The position numbers and the translations under genes are program-made. Under the pieces are notes generated by a model that did no database searches, was not told the DNA's origin, and saw only the letters and a list, made by a program, of their open reading frames with translations. A stretch of 64,000 bases of DNA, from positions 3,348,001-3,412,000 of the forward strand of contig CP089276.1 of NCBI GenBank assembly GCA_023920165.1. The letters are read 5' to 3'. This stretch comes from Curvularia clavata (taxonomy: Eukaryota). This document shows positions 38,900-51,628 of the stretch, piece by piece (position 1 is the first letter of the stretch; every line of letters begins with the position of its first letter).

Positions 38900-41294
38900 T
38901 TGGGCCTAGGATACCCGTAAAGTTGTGTCTGCGCTTTCCGTACCTGCCTCGTGCATGCGACGAAACGAATACGCTCGAGTCGCGCATGGAAAGGATGTTG
39001 TAGTGAAAAGGCACGTTTACGCCTCCGCAGCGAGGACAAGGCCGAGCAAGCATGGGGCTGGGCCTTTCAGCTACTCTGTTCTTCGCCCCCACAGCCTTGC
39101 AGCTTCATGCCGTTCCGTGGCGTTCCCGGGCGCTTGTGATGCAGCTCCCACTGGTGGAAGCTGCCCCGCTCATAAACTACCAGCGAGTGAAGAGACGAAG
39201 AAAATGACATTTCTCTTCACACGATACAGGAATTCTTTCGTCTTCAGTGACTTGGACGAAAGGGTGGACGTAAGGATAGGCTATTGGGCTAAACCTAATC
39301 AGGATACAATCCCTACCGAGTCGTCGACCTAAGCGAACGCTACAGGACTCGGGTCTCATTAGGGCTTATTATGTGTCTTGTCGTCAAGATAACAAAAGGT
39401 GGCATCTTTGAACGCTTGTGGGACTACTGGGAAGTATCTTGGTGAGTATTCACCTGCAAATGAAAAACGCGAGAAACGAAGGCCATTTTGCGTTTATGTC
39501 GACCTTGTACAACGGCGATATCAACGACCTTTAATATTCAGGTGGACTATTTTACAAAGTCTCTGAGAGGCAGGTTTACAGCCGCCGACGAATGCTGTTT
39601 CATTTTAATCGCAAATGCACGAGCATTATACAAAAAGGAGCTAGCGACAAAGCTTTCTCGGCACATTTGTCACATAAGTTGGCAACACTTACATTGATGA
39701 TATTTTACGCTCTAAACCGAGCTAAAGCCATGCATGGTGAAGCACGTCTCTTCTTGAGGTAAATAAGTCCCAGCCTGTATGGTTGTGGATATGTAAAAAG
39801 CCGTCAGTGCAAGCGAGCTCTCGTAGCCTACCAGGACTATCTGCAGCCGGCCGTAGATATTGGGCCAATTCTAGTTTCTCCAATAGTATCGGATTCAGCA
39901 CGCTAGGTAATCTTATATGAGGCGCGATGCACTGTGTCCTTGTAGCGTTATCACTGGCGAGTGGAAGGACAAAGAGACATGATGCATGTCAGTCAGAGCA
40001 ATACGTAACATGCAATGAACGGGACTGCCGACTCACGAAAATGCCTCAACTCAGTGCTGCGATCGTCGCTGTCTGTTCGCTTTACTGGAAAGCTCAAGTT
40101 CACCTGCATATCCGCAGCCCGCGCATGTTCCGAAACCAACGGTCGTGTCGCAAAACGATAGGAAGAAGATGATGAAATTCAACTAACGACTCGTATAGCT
40201 GAAGCATTTCTTTTGCCACAATCTTCCTGCCATGGGTATCCCTACTGCAGTACTCGTGGCGTGCAGTGCAGAGAAGCAACAATATCCGTATCGGGATGCA
40301 CAAGTCAAACACCCCAGAAAAGCAAGGCGTGTAAAGAAGCATGTCACTGAATGCAAGGATACGTAACGGTAAACGGTGCGCACGTTCAAGGCCGCCTGGA
40401 TTGCTTCCACAGCGCCAAGTCTCCACCGGCTGCATTCCGAGCCTATCGGTGAAACAAAACCAACTAAAGAACAAGGCAAATCCCCCACGTGGCAACATCC
40501 TCCATTCGGCTGCATTCTCTTTTTCATCGGATGTGCTATAGCCGCCTTGCACAGTGCCTTGTACGCCTCAAAAGCGATCAGAGATCAATTGCCCATCAAA
40601 GCCGGGCTGGGCTGTGATGAATAATCAACACATTAATTATACGCCTACGGCGACAAACTCAAGCCCAATCAAACCCAGTTTTCCTAATCAGTACGTACGT
40701 AGTCGACATCATCGTCGCACATATCACAATTACGTTTCGCGTATCGGCGTAAGGGATGTATGCACATGATAGACTCAACTGGGCACCCTTGTCTTGATCC
40801 CCTGGCATGTTTCGAGTCTCAGTGGCTGCTGAGTCATCTGGTTAACCGTAATCTTGATAACTAAGAGATTAGCAATGATCACGGCTACAATCGGTATTAT
40901 GATATGTCATGCTGGGATCAAGCGGTACAAGTATATGCGACGTTGGAGGATAGTTAATGGCCAGCTTCAGGAAAAGGACAGACCATGGTAGGGTATCAAT
41001 GCAAGTGCAGACGTTAATCAATGACCAAAAAGATAAGATAGGGAATACTAATACGCTGTCATGACATCAGTGGTAACAAATGAGATGACTGTAGCTCCAC
41101 AAACGAATCGAGATCACATCCCATCAAGGCCTGAACAATCTCGTTCCCTATACCATTTTCCTGAACACCTTTTTTTTTCGAAAAACCAGCCACCTCAATA
41201 TACTACAGCACCGGCAACACATACTCGGCGCCTCAGCTTCTACTATCACATGCACCCACTTCCACCGTAAAACCACATCAAGACAACGCCACGT

Positions 41295-43171
41295 TCAAAC
41301 CTCCCACCCAGCAATCCTCCAAACTGCTTCCTCCGTACCAAAAACCCGCAATGTATTTCCAAACTCGGACCAAAATTTGGAGTCAAAGTGCGGGATAAGC
41401 TCCATGGGGCGTCGCTCCATTTGCTCGAGGGGCGTCCAGGCAGTGTTGCTTCCAGTGGCCTGGTTTGCTTGGTCGTTCCATGTGCTGTGGGTGGTATTTT
41501 CTTTGTTTTGGATTGGACTTTGCTCGTCGTCGTCCGTTGAAGAAGATGAACCGTCCGGATTAAGTGACATCTCACTCAGGGCATCGAATACGTTTTTTGT
41601 TTGGAATCGCTGCGGTTCGGCATTCTTGGTGGCTTGTTTGCTCTTTTTCTGCTGCTTCTTGGGTTGTGGGCTTTGGACAGGTGGTAGAGGGACTGGTTTT
41701 TGGACCTTTTCGCGGCCGTCTTTGATAAAATCCTGGACATCTTCACTTGGTGCTGCACCAATGTGGCCATTCGAGATGTTGGCAGATAGCTTCAAAAGAG
41801 GTGGTAATATTTTCTCCCCTCTCTCGACACCGAGTCTAGCAGCGAGCTTGATCATGATGGTAGCAGTCAACAAGCTGTCGTATCCAGCTTCGTGGAAAGC
41901 CTCGATATCCTGGTACTTGGGATGATCTGGGTGAGTAATGATTTCAGGTAAAGGCTGGTTGCTGAGACCTTGTGCTATATCTTGTAGCGTAGGCGAGGCG
42001 TTGAGGTCACCTTCGGCGAATGTGGCCAGATACTTTGTGTCAATTATCTTGGGAAACAGATCGTGTATAGCGTCTTGGAAGCCGTCCAGCGTGTCCTGGT
42101 CAGTCTCGTTAGCATCTCACAAAAGCACAAATAGAATCTTTCGCAGCGTACAGGTAACTCGCCGACAAATGTACGGTAAAGATACACAATGTCGGTGAAC
42201 ATGTTGTGGCCTACAAGGACAGGCTTCTTGGTTTTGAGGCTCAATATAGCTTGATCGAAGCGGCGCTTGCATTTATCATCTACGTCTGCCATACCAGTGG
42301 GCTGAGCAAGGGAAAGTAGATCAATCCGATTGAAATCGCCGTCTTTTGCCAGAGCCTCAAAGACCCATCGGAAGGCGGTCTGGCGCATTATGGACTCATT
42401 GACACGGCTCTTCATCCTCCGCATATTCTCTGCCTCGCGCACAGGGTCCAACTCGATGATACGAACGCACTCGGAGCGGCCCATGGTTACTAGTTGTGGG
42501 AATTCAGCACGCACAAGCTGGTGAACTAGACGCTTCTCAAATCGCGATATCACTGGAAACTTTGGCGGATTAGGGAGCCCAGTATGGGTTGTGATGTCTA
42601 ATGACGGCGAAGCGCCAGGCTTCCACTTTTTGATGGCTTCCCTCGCACGGCGCATGAAATCAAGAGACTCAACATCGCCCTCCTTGAGTTGAAGGTCAGG
42701 GACGGGATTCTTCTTCTCAAGACGATCCCAAGCCATCTGCCTAGCTCGCTCGGCCTCCTCTCTTGACAGATACTGGACGCCGTTGGCAAAGGGCAAACCC
42801 AGGTCAAAGCCATTGTTGAGTAAAAAGGTACAAGCGCCAGTCTGAAACCTTATTTCACGCTCAAAATCCATGCGCTCGTCGAAGAGAGGGCTGATGCAGA
42901 TGTTGTAAGGCCGCAAGACGTACTTGTTGGCCGTATAGTCGAACCTAGCGCACGTGATTCCTACCTGCAAGATCTGATAGCGATCTGCGCCCATTTTGGT
43001 TTCGGCGTAGCGCTCCTCCATGGTAAATCGTCCGGGGCCACGCGGGGGTTTGTCCTGAATGCGGGACGGGATTCCGGAGAGCTCCAAATCAAACGAGACA
43101 AAGTCAGCCTCGGCGATGTTGGCGAAGAGGCCCAGGAGTTGATGTGGAAAAGTAGCGGCGTCGACGTCCAT
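41295..43171 (-). CDS. CAF1-family / PARN-like DEDD ribonuclease
   Basis: SFDLELSG, YQILQVG, LVGHNMFTD, IDTKYLA and FHEAGYDS motifs. Intron 42151-42096 joins the two ORFs in frame. Confidence 0.9.
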
Positions 43172-43715
43172 GTTTGTGGCGGTGATGGAGACTCTGGCCA
43201 AGGAACATGAGCAATTAGCAATATAGAATGGATTCAGAAGATGTTGCTATAATGTGAATGTGTCGGCGGGGATGAAAGGGATGATGAGGCTGCTGTTAGA
43301 AGTAGTAAGTTAGGCAGCATAGTTTTGGAACTGATGAGGTCAGTAGCGATCAAGCGACAGTGTCTAAGACATTGAGTCACGGCTGGTGGCGAGCAGACAC
43401 GCAAGCAAACATGCCAGCAAACTATCTGGCAAACATTTGTCAACTGAGTGGGTAGTGCATTGCATTCATCTCATCGTGCATGGCCTGGCAATCACGTGCC
43501 GAAGCCGTTTAATGAGGCGGTTGCTGGGAGGGCGACTCGGAGCCAGCTGACGCGCCAAGACGAGCCGACAACCAGCAAAGCCGAGGTTTAATGTTGTGAC
43601 GACGCGGAGAGTCGAATGCGCACCACCGAGCCGTGCCCCCCGTCTTTCACCGCTATGAGCCTGTAAAGTCGCCCAGAACACCTTGCCAGTTACTACATCG
43701 CGTGCGGCGGAGATC

Positions 43716-45074
43716 ATGGCGACTCTGTATGACGATGTCAGCGGGTCGCGCTACCTGTCCACGTCCATCTCGTCGCTGTCGGCATCGCGACAACAAGCCT
43801 CCCAGATCGCCAAAGCCTACCGCCAGGCCGCCCAGCTGTTCCTGACGCGCCGCCTGCCAGAGGCTCTCTCCACGATCGAACCTATCATCACCCCGCCGCC
43901 AATCGACGAATCCAATGGCCCCAATGGCGAGCTCGTCGGCCATGCGCCCGTTGCGACCGCGTCTCGGGGCACCAGGATCAAGGTGTGGAGCTTCTACCTC
44001 ACCTTCCTCAATGCCGTCATCGAACTCGGTGCCGAAGAGGGCAAGCATGCGTTTGGGAGCACCAAGTGGAAGCAGCTCGTCTCCAAATGCCGTGACGGCA
44101 GCGTCTGGGACGAGGTGGTACGAGACGGCTATGCTGGTGTCGAGGGAGACGTCGATGCCGACGTTGTAGTGAACCTGTACGTAGACAGCACACCCCGGGA
44201 ATGATGGGTATACCGAACTAACCTCTAGTCTAGGGCAACCTTATTACTCACCCATGCTCCGTCCCAGAGGTTGAACCAGCAGAAGCTCGAGACCTATCTC
44301 TCCGCCACTGCTACCCCAACTCTCGATGTCGCCTCTCATATGGCCTCCCCATCGTATCTCGAGAAGCGACCCGGCCACCGCAGGCAGCATACCGGAACAG
44401 ACACCCCACGCGATCTGGAGAAGCGCATTAAGCTACTCGAACTGTACACCCTCCACGTCCTGCCTAGAAATGACGAGTGGGACTATGCTCGAGAGTTTAT
44501 CAGCATGTCAGAGGTCTTGGATGACGAGCGCAAGGAGGCCTTTCTTCTTGCACTACACTCACTCAAGGAAGAAAAGGAGGACACAGAGGCAAGAGAGGAA
44601 AAGCTACGCCAGCAACAACAAGAGCAGATGGAACAGCGTCGTAGGGAAACCGAGGCCAAGCGTCTGGAGCAATCTCGTGCAGAAGATGAACGCCGGAAAC
44701 GCGAGGAAGAGAATCGCCGCCAGCCTCGAGGCTCAGATGAGCGTTTCCGCAAGCCCCAATCAACTCCCCAACCCGTACCCTCGCAATCTTCCCGAACTTC
44801 CCGCACTCCCGCCAAGAAACCCATGTCTCCTCCACCAGGCTTCTACGACCGCGCCTCAACCATATTTGCCAATATTCAAAACATGATAGCTAATACCGCC
44901 CACTCCATGACTGCAAATCCCATGGCCTTTTTCCGGACCCTCTTATTTCTGCTTGCCTTTGGGCTTGCATTTGGTAGGAGGGATCTTAGAGAAAGGATAC
45001 TGAGAATCATACGCAATGCATGGGACAAAGTTCGGCGCACCGTTGGTATGGGCGTCAAGGTTTCCTATATTTAA
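43716..45074 (+). CDS. PEX26: peroxin 26 (tail-anchored Pex6 recruiter)
   Basis: AYRQAAQLFLTRRLPEAL, LLELYTLHVLPRNDEWDYAREFI, C-terminal TM and TVGMGVKVSYI. Intron 44177-44233. Confidence 0.88.
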
Positions 45075-45433
45075 TTTGATGACATTTCTTCACAGAATCA
45101 GGTAGTATGGAGAGAAAAGGGTATGCATCTTTCCTATGTTTTGTGCATATATAGTGTATGTATCTCTTTTGTCTTACTAGTGTGTACAAAAATCCGTGGC
45201 AGTATGCCTACGCCCAACGCGAACATGTGTATCTACTTTGACGCCCTGTGATGATTGACAATACCAAACTACACTGACTGGTCGAATGTTCCGAAACCTT
45301 GAGCCCAGATACCCAATGCTTTTGACGTCTTGTGACGTAATCGTGAAAAGCAATATCCAAACTTCGCCATGGAAACGAGATGAACATCCAAATGCAACTA
45401 TCGATAAGCTCGACTGTAGATCCTATCCCTTGC

Positions 45434-46195
45434 TCATGCACTCTTCTGGACAGGCTTCAGCGTCTTTCTCCTCTGCTTCATCATATACGTATACATCGTA
45501 TAAGAACCTGTGACATAGTCAGCATGAAAAACGATCTTGAGCCTGGCCAACGCAATAGTATGACTTACCAGGAATATACAGTGCAAGGAAAAAGTAGAAA
45601 ATCGGCGGAATAACGCTGCTAATCTCCCCTGCTGGCTCGATACTCCTATACAACAACAACCACTCCGCTCCGATACCAATTGGATACAGCGGATAAAACA
45701 TGGTATACCTACTCCAATATCAGCCTCAATTTCTACCACGAACTTCAAAAAAAGGTGGGTAAATTTTTCAACATACCTCAACCAAACCAAACCCCTCGGC
45801 GCCTTTCCATGCAAATTCAACGCCAAGTAAAAATACCTAATCGTATCCGCGGTCGACCACGCCAGGAGCAGTGCCAGATACGCGCGCGACGGCGCAGTGC
45901 TACTCGGAAAGCAGAACCACACCATCCATACTTGAATCACACGCGTAACGACTTGCAGTGCGGTGGTGCCGACAGGCGACTTGATGATGCCGAAAGCAGC
46001 ATGCAGGACCTCGATTAACGAGGCGGTTTGGATCCATCGGGCTTGCGGCTCAGTGGCTCGGAAGAGGGAGTGCGGGCCAGAAGTCGCGTGGGAAAAGGCG
46101 TTGACGAAGACGGAGGCCCAGAGGGAGGCGAAGACGAGGTTGTAGGTGGTTAGGTAGATGAGACGGGTGCGGGACGGTGGTGCTTTGGTTGCCAT
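45434..46195 (-). CDS. PHS1: very-long-chain 3-hydroxyacyl-CoA dehydratase (PTPLA family)
   Basis: YLTTYN, EVLHAAFG, LRYTMFYPLYPIGIGAE after removing introns 45776-45709 and 45568-45508, and YMMKQRRK. Confidence 0.88.
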   Translation of the reverse strand: MATKAPPSRTRLIYLTTYNLVFASLWASVFVNAFSHATSGPHSLFRATEPQARWIQTASLIEVLHAAFGIIKSPVGTTALQVVTRVIQVWMVWFCFPSSTAPSRAYLALLLAWSTADTIRYFYLALNLHGKAPRGLVWLRYVEKFTHLFLKFVVEIEADIGVGIPCFIRCIQLVSERSGCCCIGVSSQQGRLAALFRRFSTFSLHCIFLVSHTIALARLKIVFHADYVTGSYTMYTYMMKQRRKTLKPVQKSA

Positions 46196-46916
46196 GGTTA
46201 ATGTTGCTTCCAGCTCTTTTCTCCTTCTTTTTTTCTTTGCTCTTGCTCGCTCTTCTAAATGCTGACTTTGAAGTAGGGGAGAAACACGTCCCTTTGGGCG
46301 CGAAAGCTAAAATGGAAAATTATCTGCTTCTTGGGTCTTCTAGGTCAAATGCGGATGATGTGCGGCTTATGCCGAGGTATTTTTATTGCTCGTGAGAAAG
46401 AAAAAAGATCCACTTCTGACAAGCCGTCTTGGGCCGAGAGAGGGGCTTTTTTCCATTTGGCTTGGTATACGATGAGGTTGCTGTACTTCTAGTATTCCTA
46501 TTTCGGACAACCATGATTACAAGTTGTTTAATTCTTTGCTGTAATGATAGGGCAGTGATAGTGGGGCGGCGCGTTTAAGGTTCGCCAGGTACGTCAAGCC
46601 AGCCAATGGGAAGAATGGATCGATAGGCTTTGGTAGAAATTGAATCATAATTTGCAACTGCTTACATGATTTTGTTGGTACGACTGGTATTCTGTTGAGA
46701 GAGGGTGCTGGTGACTAGGGTAAAGACTGGAAGTGTCATGATAGACTGAGTATGTCTGGCCGTGATTTCCTGACTCGCTATTCAATTTCCAGCGGGTCGT
46801 CGACACTGTCACGTGTTTGTTATCTCACGCTAATCACGCCCTACCATCAACATCTGAATCCTTCATCAACAAGATAAAGTCGAGTAGCATAAGGCACAAG
46901 AAAACTATTGAACGCA

Positions 46917-47894
46917 ATGTCGTCGTCAGATTGTAACCTTGTCTTGCCGCGCCCAGGCGCAGACCTTGCACCATCAACCGCCCCAATCGTCGGCCCTTCA
47001 GAGGCATCCTTCACATCTACCTTCGGCAACTTGCTCCCGCCGGCGCAGTATCTTACCACCAAGAATGGAAAGGCGGCGTATTACTCGATCCGCCCATCTT
47101 CTTCCCAGGTGCCGAATACGAATTCGCCAGAACGTGTGCTTTTCATCCATGGCGTGCAGACTCCTGCATTGGGCATGCTTCCATTAGCTCGCAAACTGCA
47201 AGCCTCGTTTCCCTCGGCCCACTTTGTCTTGATCGATCTCTGGGGCCACGGGCTGAGCGATACACCTGTTGTTGCCCACGAAGCAGGACTATTTCATGGG
47301 CTCATCGATGCGCTACTAGACCACCTGCAATGGCCTTCTGCGCACCTTGTTGGTTTCTCCTTTGGCGGATCTCTGACGGTTGGTTACGCTGCATCACGGG
47401 CTGAAGGTGTCCAAAGCTATGCGTTGGTTGCGCCTGCAGGTCTTGTCGAATTTGCGTCTCTCCCAGAGGCTGATCAAGCGCATTTTCGAAACGACTGCGA
47501 CGAGGATGCTGCGCAGAAATGGGTAGTAAGATGGCTAGAAGGCGGAGATTTGGTCGTGCCAGCAGATTGGAAAGAAAGAGTCGCGCGGGGAGAGGTCGTC
47601 GCTGAAGCAGTGCGAGACTGGCAGACTCACAACCATCCTGGACATACGTCATCTGTAGTTGCAATTGTCCGAGACGGCGGCGTGATGGATAATCATTCCA
47701 ACTTCAAGAAAGCTGTGGCGACGGGTGTGCCATCGCTTGTGGTGTTGGGTGAGAAGGATGACCTGTGTACAGAGGAAGAGCTAAGACATCTCGGGTTCGA
47801 AAACGTATTTGTCGTCCCTGACGCTGGACATAGTGTGGTCAGGGATCGAGCGGGTGAAGTTGCAAGTTTCATCGGTGATTTCTGGAGGCGATGA
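46917..47894 (+). CDS. alpha/beta hydrolase
   Basis: FIHG, DLWGHGLSD, GFSFGG nucleophile elbow, GEKDD and DAGH. Confidence 0.9.
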   Translation: MSSSDCNLVLPRPGADLAPSTAPIVGPSEASFTSTFGNLLPPAQYLTTKNGKAAYYSIRPSSSQVPNTNSPERVLFIHGVQTPALGMLPLARKLQASFPSAHFVLIDLWGHGLSDTPVVAHEAGLFHGLIDALLDHLQWPSAHLVGFSFGGSLTVGYAASRAEGVQSYALVAPAGLVEFASLPEADQAHFRNDCDEDAAQKWVVRWLEGGDLVVPADWKERVARGEVVAEAVRDWQTHNHPGHTSSVVAIVRDGGVMDNHSNFKKAVATGVPSLVVLGEKDDLCTEEELRHLGFENVFVVPDAGHSVVRDRAGEVASFIGDFWRR

Positions 47895-48855
47895 ACGACG
47901 TTGTTCTGCATTACCGCCTACGTAAGCGCGTCTACACTGTCGATCATACACGGAATCCAATACGCCAAAAGCTGCCCATCCCCCGACGGATAGCATACAC
48001 TCTTGAATGAATATATTTTACATAAGCCGTCATTTGCTTTTGCTGACGATGCACCATGTTCTTTCAACCATTCAACCGCATGAGGCAATTAGTCAACTAA
48101 GACAAGCAATGTTACCCGAATCAACGGAAAAGAAACATTCTCTTGGCCGCGCTGACGTTGGAGAGGACGCAATAATATAGTACATGGCTGACCAGGCCTG
48201 TACAACAGCTATGATATGGCGTAATCGTAGAGACCAAGTCCAATCAGAAATCAGCAAGGCAAAATCAAGAACCTTATTCAACTAGTACAAGAGGCTTAGT
48301 CAGTGTGCTCCGATATGCGGAGGCAAAGCTTATGACGCCTCTGATAAACATTGGTAGAGATCTGCGGGGTAGGCATGCTCGGTTGGAGAGGGTTTCATGC
48401 ATGCGTGCTTGTGGAAGTATAACCATGATGCTGCGGGTGGGGCGAGAACAGGGTACAACACGTTATCTGCATGTCGGTAGAGGGTGCCAGCGGCCATGCC
48501 GTCACGCACGTTTTCCGTCGCACAAACAAGAACTCCCTCCCATGACTGTAAACATGTTGCTTTTTTCGAGGACAGGTCAACTCTGGGCTGGGCCAAGAAG
48601 AAGCATCAGCGCATCATGGCTGCGTGGCGGCTCACGCACTAATGCTTGGCCCAAAAGCAGTCCCGTCTATCGCTCACCTGCCGCTTTGGGGCTAGCAGCC
48701 ATATAGGGTAGTCGCGAGTCTATCGAGCATAAGCATAACTCCATGTGCGTCCGCGTGGCTATATCAATGCTATAGGCTGCCAGTCGAGGCAGGCGCTACC
48801 TTCCACCTTGATCCCACTGCACCGCGGACCAAGGACGTCGTTGTCAGTCAACAAC

Positions 48856-50598
48856 ATGCATCTCACAACGTTGGCTGGCTGCATCGGCGGCGCAGCAACA
48901 GCAGCAGTAGCGACTACAGGAGTGCGACTCAGTAGTGCCTATGCCGACATTGACGTCCAAGGCATTGCACGCAACGACATTGAGATCTTCCTGGGGATTC
49001 CCTACGCCCAAGACACCAGCGGCAAGAACAGATTCAAGCCTCCGATTCCCTACGAGTACGACCCAAGCAAACCCATTGATGCTACCAAACCTGGTCCGGC
49101 TTGCCCTCAGCCGCTAGGAGTTCTTTTCGCACCGCTTGGACTGGGTAATATCACTGAAACCTCTGAGGATTGCCTAAACCTGAACATCGCAAGACCCAAA
49201 GCCGAGGACAGGGAGGGAAAAGGACCATTGCCAGTGCTAGTATGGATCCATGGTGGATCCTTCTGGTTCGGCAGCAACACCGAACCGACAACGGCTCCAG
49301 ACGGAATGATCAAGCAATCAGTGGAAAATGGACAGCCCATCATGCACGTGGCCATGAACTACCGCCTGGGATTCTTTGGTTTCGGCAACTCGGACTCGCT
49401 CAAACAAGAAGGCAGCATGAACGCTGGTCTCCGTGATCAGCGCGCCGCTATCGAGTGGGTTCGTGACAACATTGCCGCTTTCGGCGGGGACCCGGAGAGG
49501 ATTACCATTGCTGGCCAATCATCTGGCGGTCTGGCCATTGGCATGCACATCATGGCTTATGGTGGAGAAAAGCCTCTTCCGTTCCAACAAGGCATTGCGC
49601 AGTCGCAGTCGCTCGAGCCGGGTATCACAGGTACCTTTGCCAGGGATGCCATGGCGGCGGTGGTAGACTATGTCGGATGCAACACAACCAGTCTCGATGC
49701 CCCAGAGACGATTGAGTGCTTGCGGGGCCTGGATACACAGACACTGTTCAATGCTTCTGAGGCGACGTACCAGAGTGACATTTCCCACAACATCGGCGAC
49801 ATCTGGTTGCCCCAGGTAGATGGTGATTTCCTGCCAGCTCCGCCCAGTCAGCTCATCGCCGAAGGCCGGTTCGGAAACGCGACCTTCATGTCAGGCTGGA
49901 TGGAAGGCGATCTGAACGTCTATACGAACACCTCCATCGCCACCGATAAAGACACGTACGACTTCGTCCGTGGCTATCTCCCAGGCATGTCTGAGGAGCT
50001 GTTAAGTGAACTACTCGACATGTACCCAGTCGAAGAATTCGGAACTAGCGTAAACTTGACCCAAGAGTTCTACCGCTCAGCCCGTATCTTCCGCGACATC
50101 CTCATGGTGTGTCCATCGCTGTATCTCGGCACAGCAATCGACGACCTCTACAATCCCCCCGTTTACTTTTATGACTTCAACCAGACTATTCTCGATCCCA
50201 TACTCGAGTTTGCCGAGCATATCGCTGGCTTTGGAGTCGTACATACTTCTGAGTTTGCGTACATCTACGACAGCATGAATGTGTACAAGGATGCTGGATA
50301 CCCTGTCAATCCCGCAGCGTACGACCTCGAGATTGTCATGCGAGCAAGTCGGTCTTGGAGCACGTATGTCAGCCGGGGCGTACCGGCAATTGATGGACCG
50401 CAGTCAACGACGCTGCTGAACTGGGATGAGGCGTTCAGTCGGCCTGGTGGACCGTATGTAAGGACGATTGGGGGTTCACATCCGAGCAACAATGCTTTGG
50501 GCCAGGCCAACGCAACCCAGGAGATGGCAGTACAGAGGCTGCAAGAACGATGTGCGTTTTTCAACAGCCCGGAGGTGATTGCCGCCTTGCAGTATTAA
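48856..50598 (+). CDS. type-B carboxylesterase/lipase, probably secreted
   Basis: FLGIPYA, SEDCLNLNI, WIHGGSF, GQSSG and VVHTSE motifs. Hydrophobic N-terminus and several N-glycosylation sequons. Confidence 0.93.
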   Translation: MHLTTLAGCIGGAATAAVATTGVRLSSAYADIDVQGIARNDIEIFLGIPYAQDTSGKNRFKPPIPYEYDPSKPIDATKPGPACPQPLGVLFAPLGLGNITETSEDCLNLNIARPKAEDREGKGPLPVLVWIHGGSFWFGSNTEPTTAPDGMIKQSVENGQPIMHVAMNYRLGFFGFGNSDSLKQEGSMNAGLRDQRAAIEWVRDNIAAFGGDPERITIAGQSSGGLAIGMHIMAYGGEKPLPFQQGIAQSQSLEPGITGTFARDAMAAVVDYVGCNTTSLDAPETIECLRGLDTQTLFNASEATYQSDISHNIGDIWLPQVDGDFLPAPPSQLIAEGRFGNATFMSGWMEGDLNVYTNTSIATDKDTYDFVRGYLPGMSEELLSELLDMYPVEEFGTSVNLTQEFYRSARIFRDILMVCPSLYLGTAIDDLYNPPVYFYDFNQTILDPILEFAEHIAGFGVVHTSEFAYIYDSMNVYKDAGYPVNPAAYDLEIVMRASRSWSTYVSRGVPAIDGPQSTTLLNWDEAFSRPGGPYVRTIGGSHPSNNALGQANATQEMAVQRLQERCAFFNSPEVIAALQY

Positions 50599-50752
50599 GT
50601 GGCAGCGTGGTTTAGGCGCTAAGAAGCGGAAAGCGTGGTACATGAACGCGGAGTACGAATGAGAAATCGGGCGTGACAATTGTAGGCGACATAGCAGCCC
50701 AACATGGATTCCAGTCCCATCCCATGATCTCCGTGGATTTTAACAAATCCCA

Positions 50753-51628
50753 CTACTCCTCTTTTCCATTGTCCTTCTCTTCCCTCTTCTCACTCTCTGC
50801 CAGTCCAAGAATAAACTCCCATTCCTCCTTCCTCACCCTACACACACTCAGCCTCGAATTCGTAACGAGCTGCATATCCCTCAGCGGGCCCCCTTCCCTT
50901 GCATACTCCTTAATCTGATGCAAATCCACCACGTGCTCAAACTCCTTGACAAACTCCACGCCTACACAGAACCATTTTGGCTTGTCCCGATCAGACTTGC
51001 TGTCGTAATAAGGGTCCTTGGGATCAAACGCCGTCTCGTCGACTTTTGCCTCTTCGACGACGCGTAAAATGCCGACGACGCCAGAGGGTTTGGCATTAGA
51101 GTGGTAGAAGAAGCCCAGGTCCCCTTTGCGCATCGCTTGCATGTTATTGCGTGCTTGTGGGTTGCGGACGCCGCTCCAGGGCTCGGGTTCTGTGCATGCG
51201 CGTAGGTCTGAGATGGAGAAGGCGACGTTGACACCATTTTCGTAGCGCGGGAGTGGCTCGGCTTTGAGAAGCCAGAAGACTTCTTGGTTGCCGTCTGCGT
51301 CGCGGTTGGTGGCCGACGAGGGCTCGGGGGGTGGAGCGGGTTTTGATTTGGTGGTTGGGGGTTCTGAGGCTTTGGCTGCGATGTTTGATTTGGATGTGCT
51401 TGTCTTTGATCCCCTGGACTTGGAGGTAGCGGGCTTCTTAGTCGGCGGTGAATCGTCTTTTGTTACTTTATCATCTTCGTCTTCGTCATCTTCACGGGCA
51501 CGTTTGCGACGCGTCGACTTGGTTCCATTGCGCTTTGGTTTTGTCTCTTCGGCGGACGATGATTGGTCTTCGTTGTATTTGGGTGCCGCAGAGGCCTTTT
51601 GGCGCGTGGAGCTGCGTGTTCCAGCCAT
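50753..51628 (-). CDS. EVE-domain protein (THYN1/Thy28-like) with basic low-complexity N-terminus
   Basis: FWLLKAEP, WSGVRNPQARNNM, FFYHSN, PYYDSKS and SRLSV. Confidence 0.92.
   Translation of the reverse strand: MAGTRSSTRQKASAAPKYNEDQSSSAEETKPKRNGTKSTRRKRAREDDEDEDDKVTKDDSPPTKKPATSKSRGSKTSTSKSNIAAKASEPPTTKSKPAPPPEPSSATNRDADGNQEVFWLLKAEPLPRYENGVNVAFSISDLRACTEPEPWSGVRNPQARNNMQAMRKGDLGFFYHSNAKPSGVVGILRVVEEAKVDETAFDPKDPYYDSKSDRDKPKWFCVGVEFVKEFEHVVDLHQIKEYAREGGPLRDMQLVTNSRLSVCRVRKEEWEFILGLAESEKREEKDNGKEE

Noticed and set aside
38787..39359. ORFs upstream of the NLR as a possible N-terminal effector exon
   Set aside because: Joining them needs a 38-nt intron with no good branch point and a non-ATG start, and no domain is recognisable.
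39400..41250. Searched for a canonical HeLo/HET-s-type effector with a two-repeat prion-forming domain next to the NLR, including ORF 40100-40552
   Set aside because: No effector-like sequence or repeated motif was found; the ORFs look non-coding.
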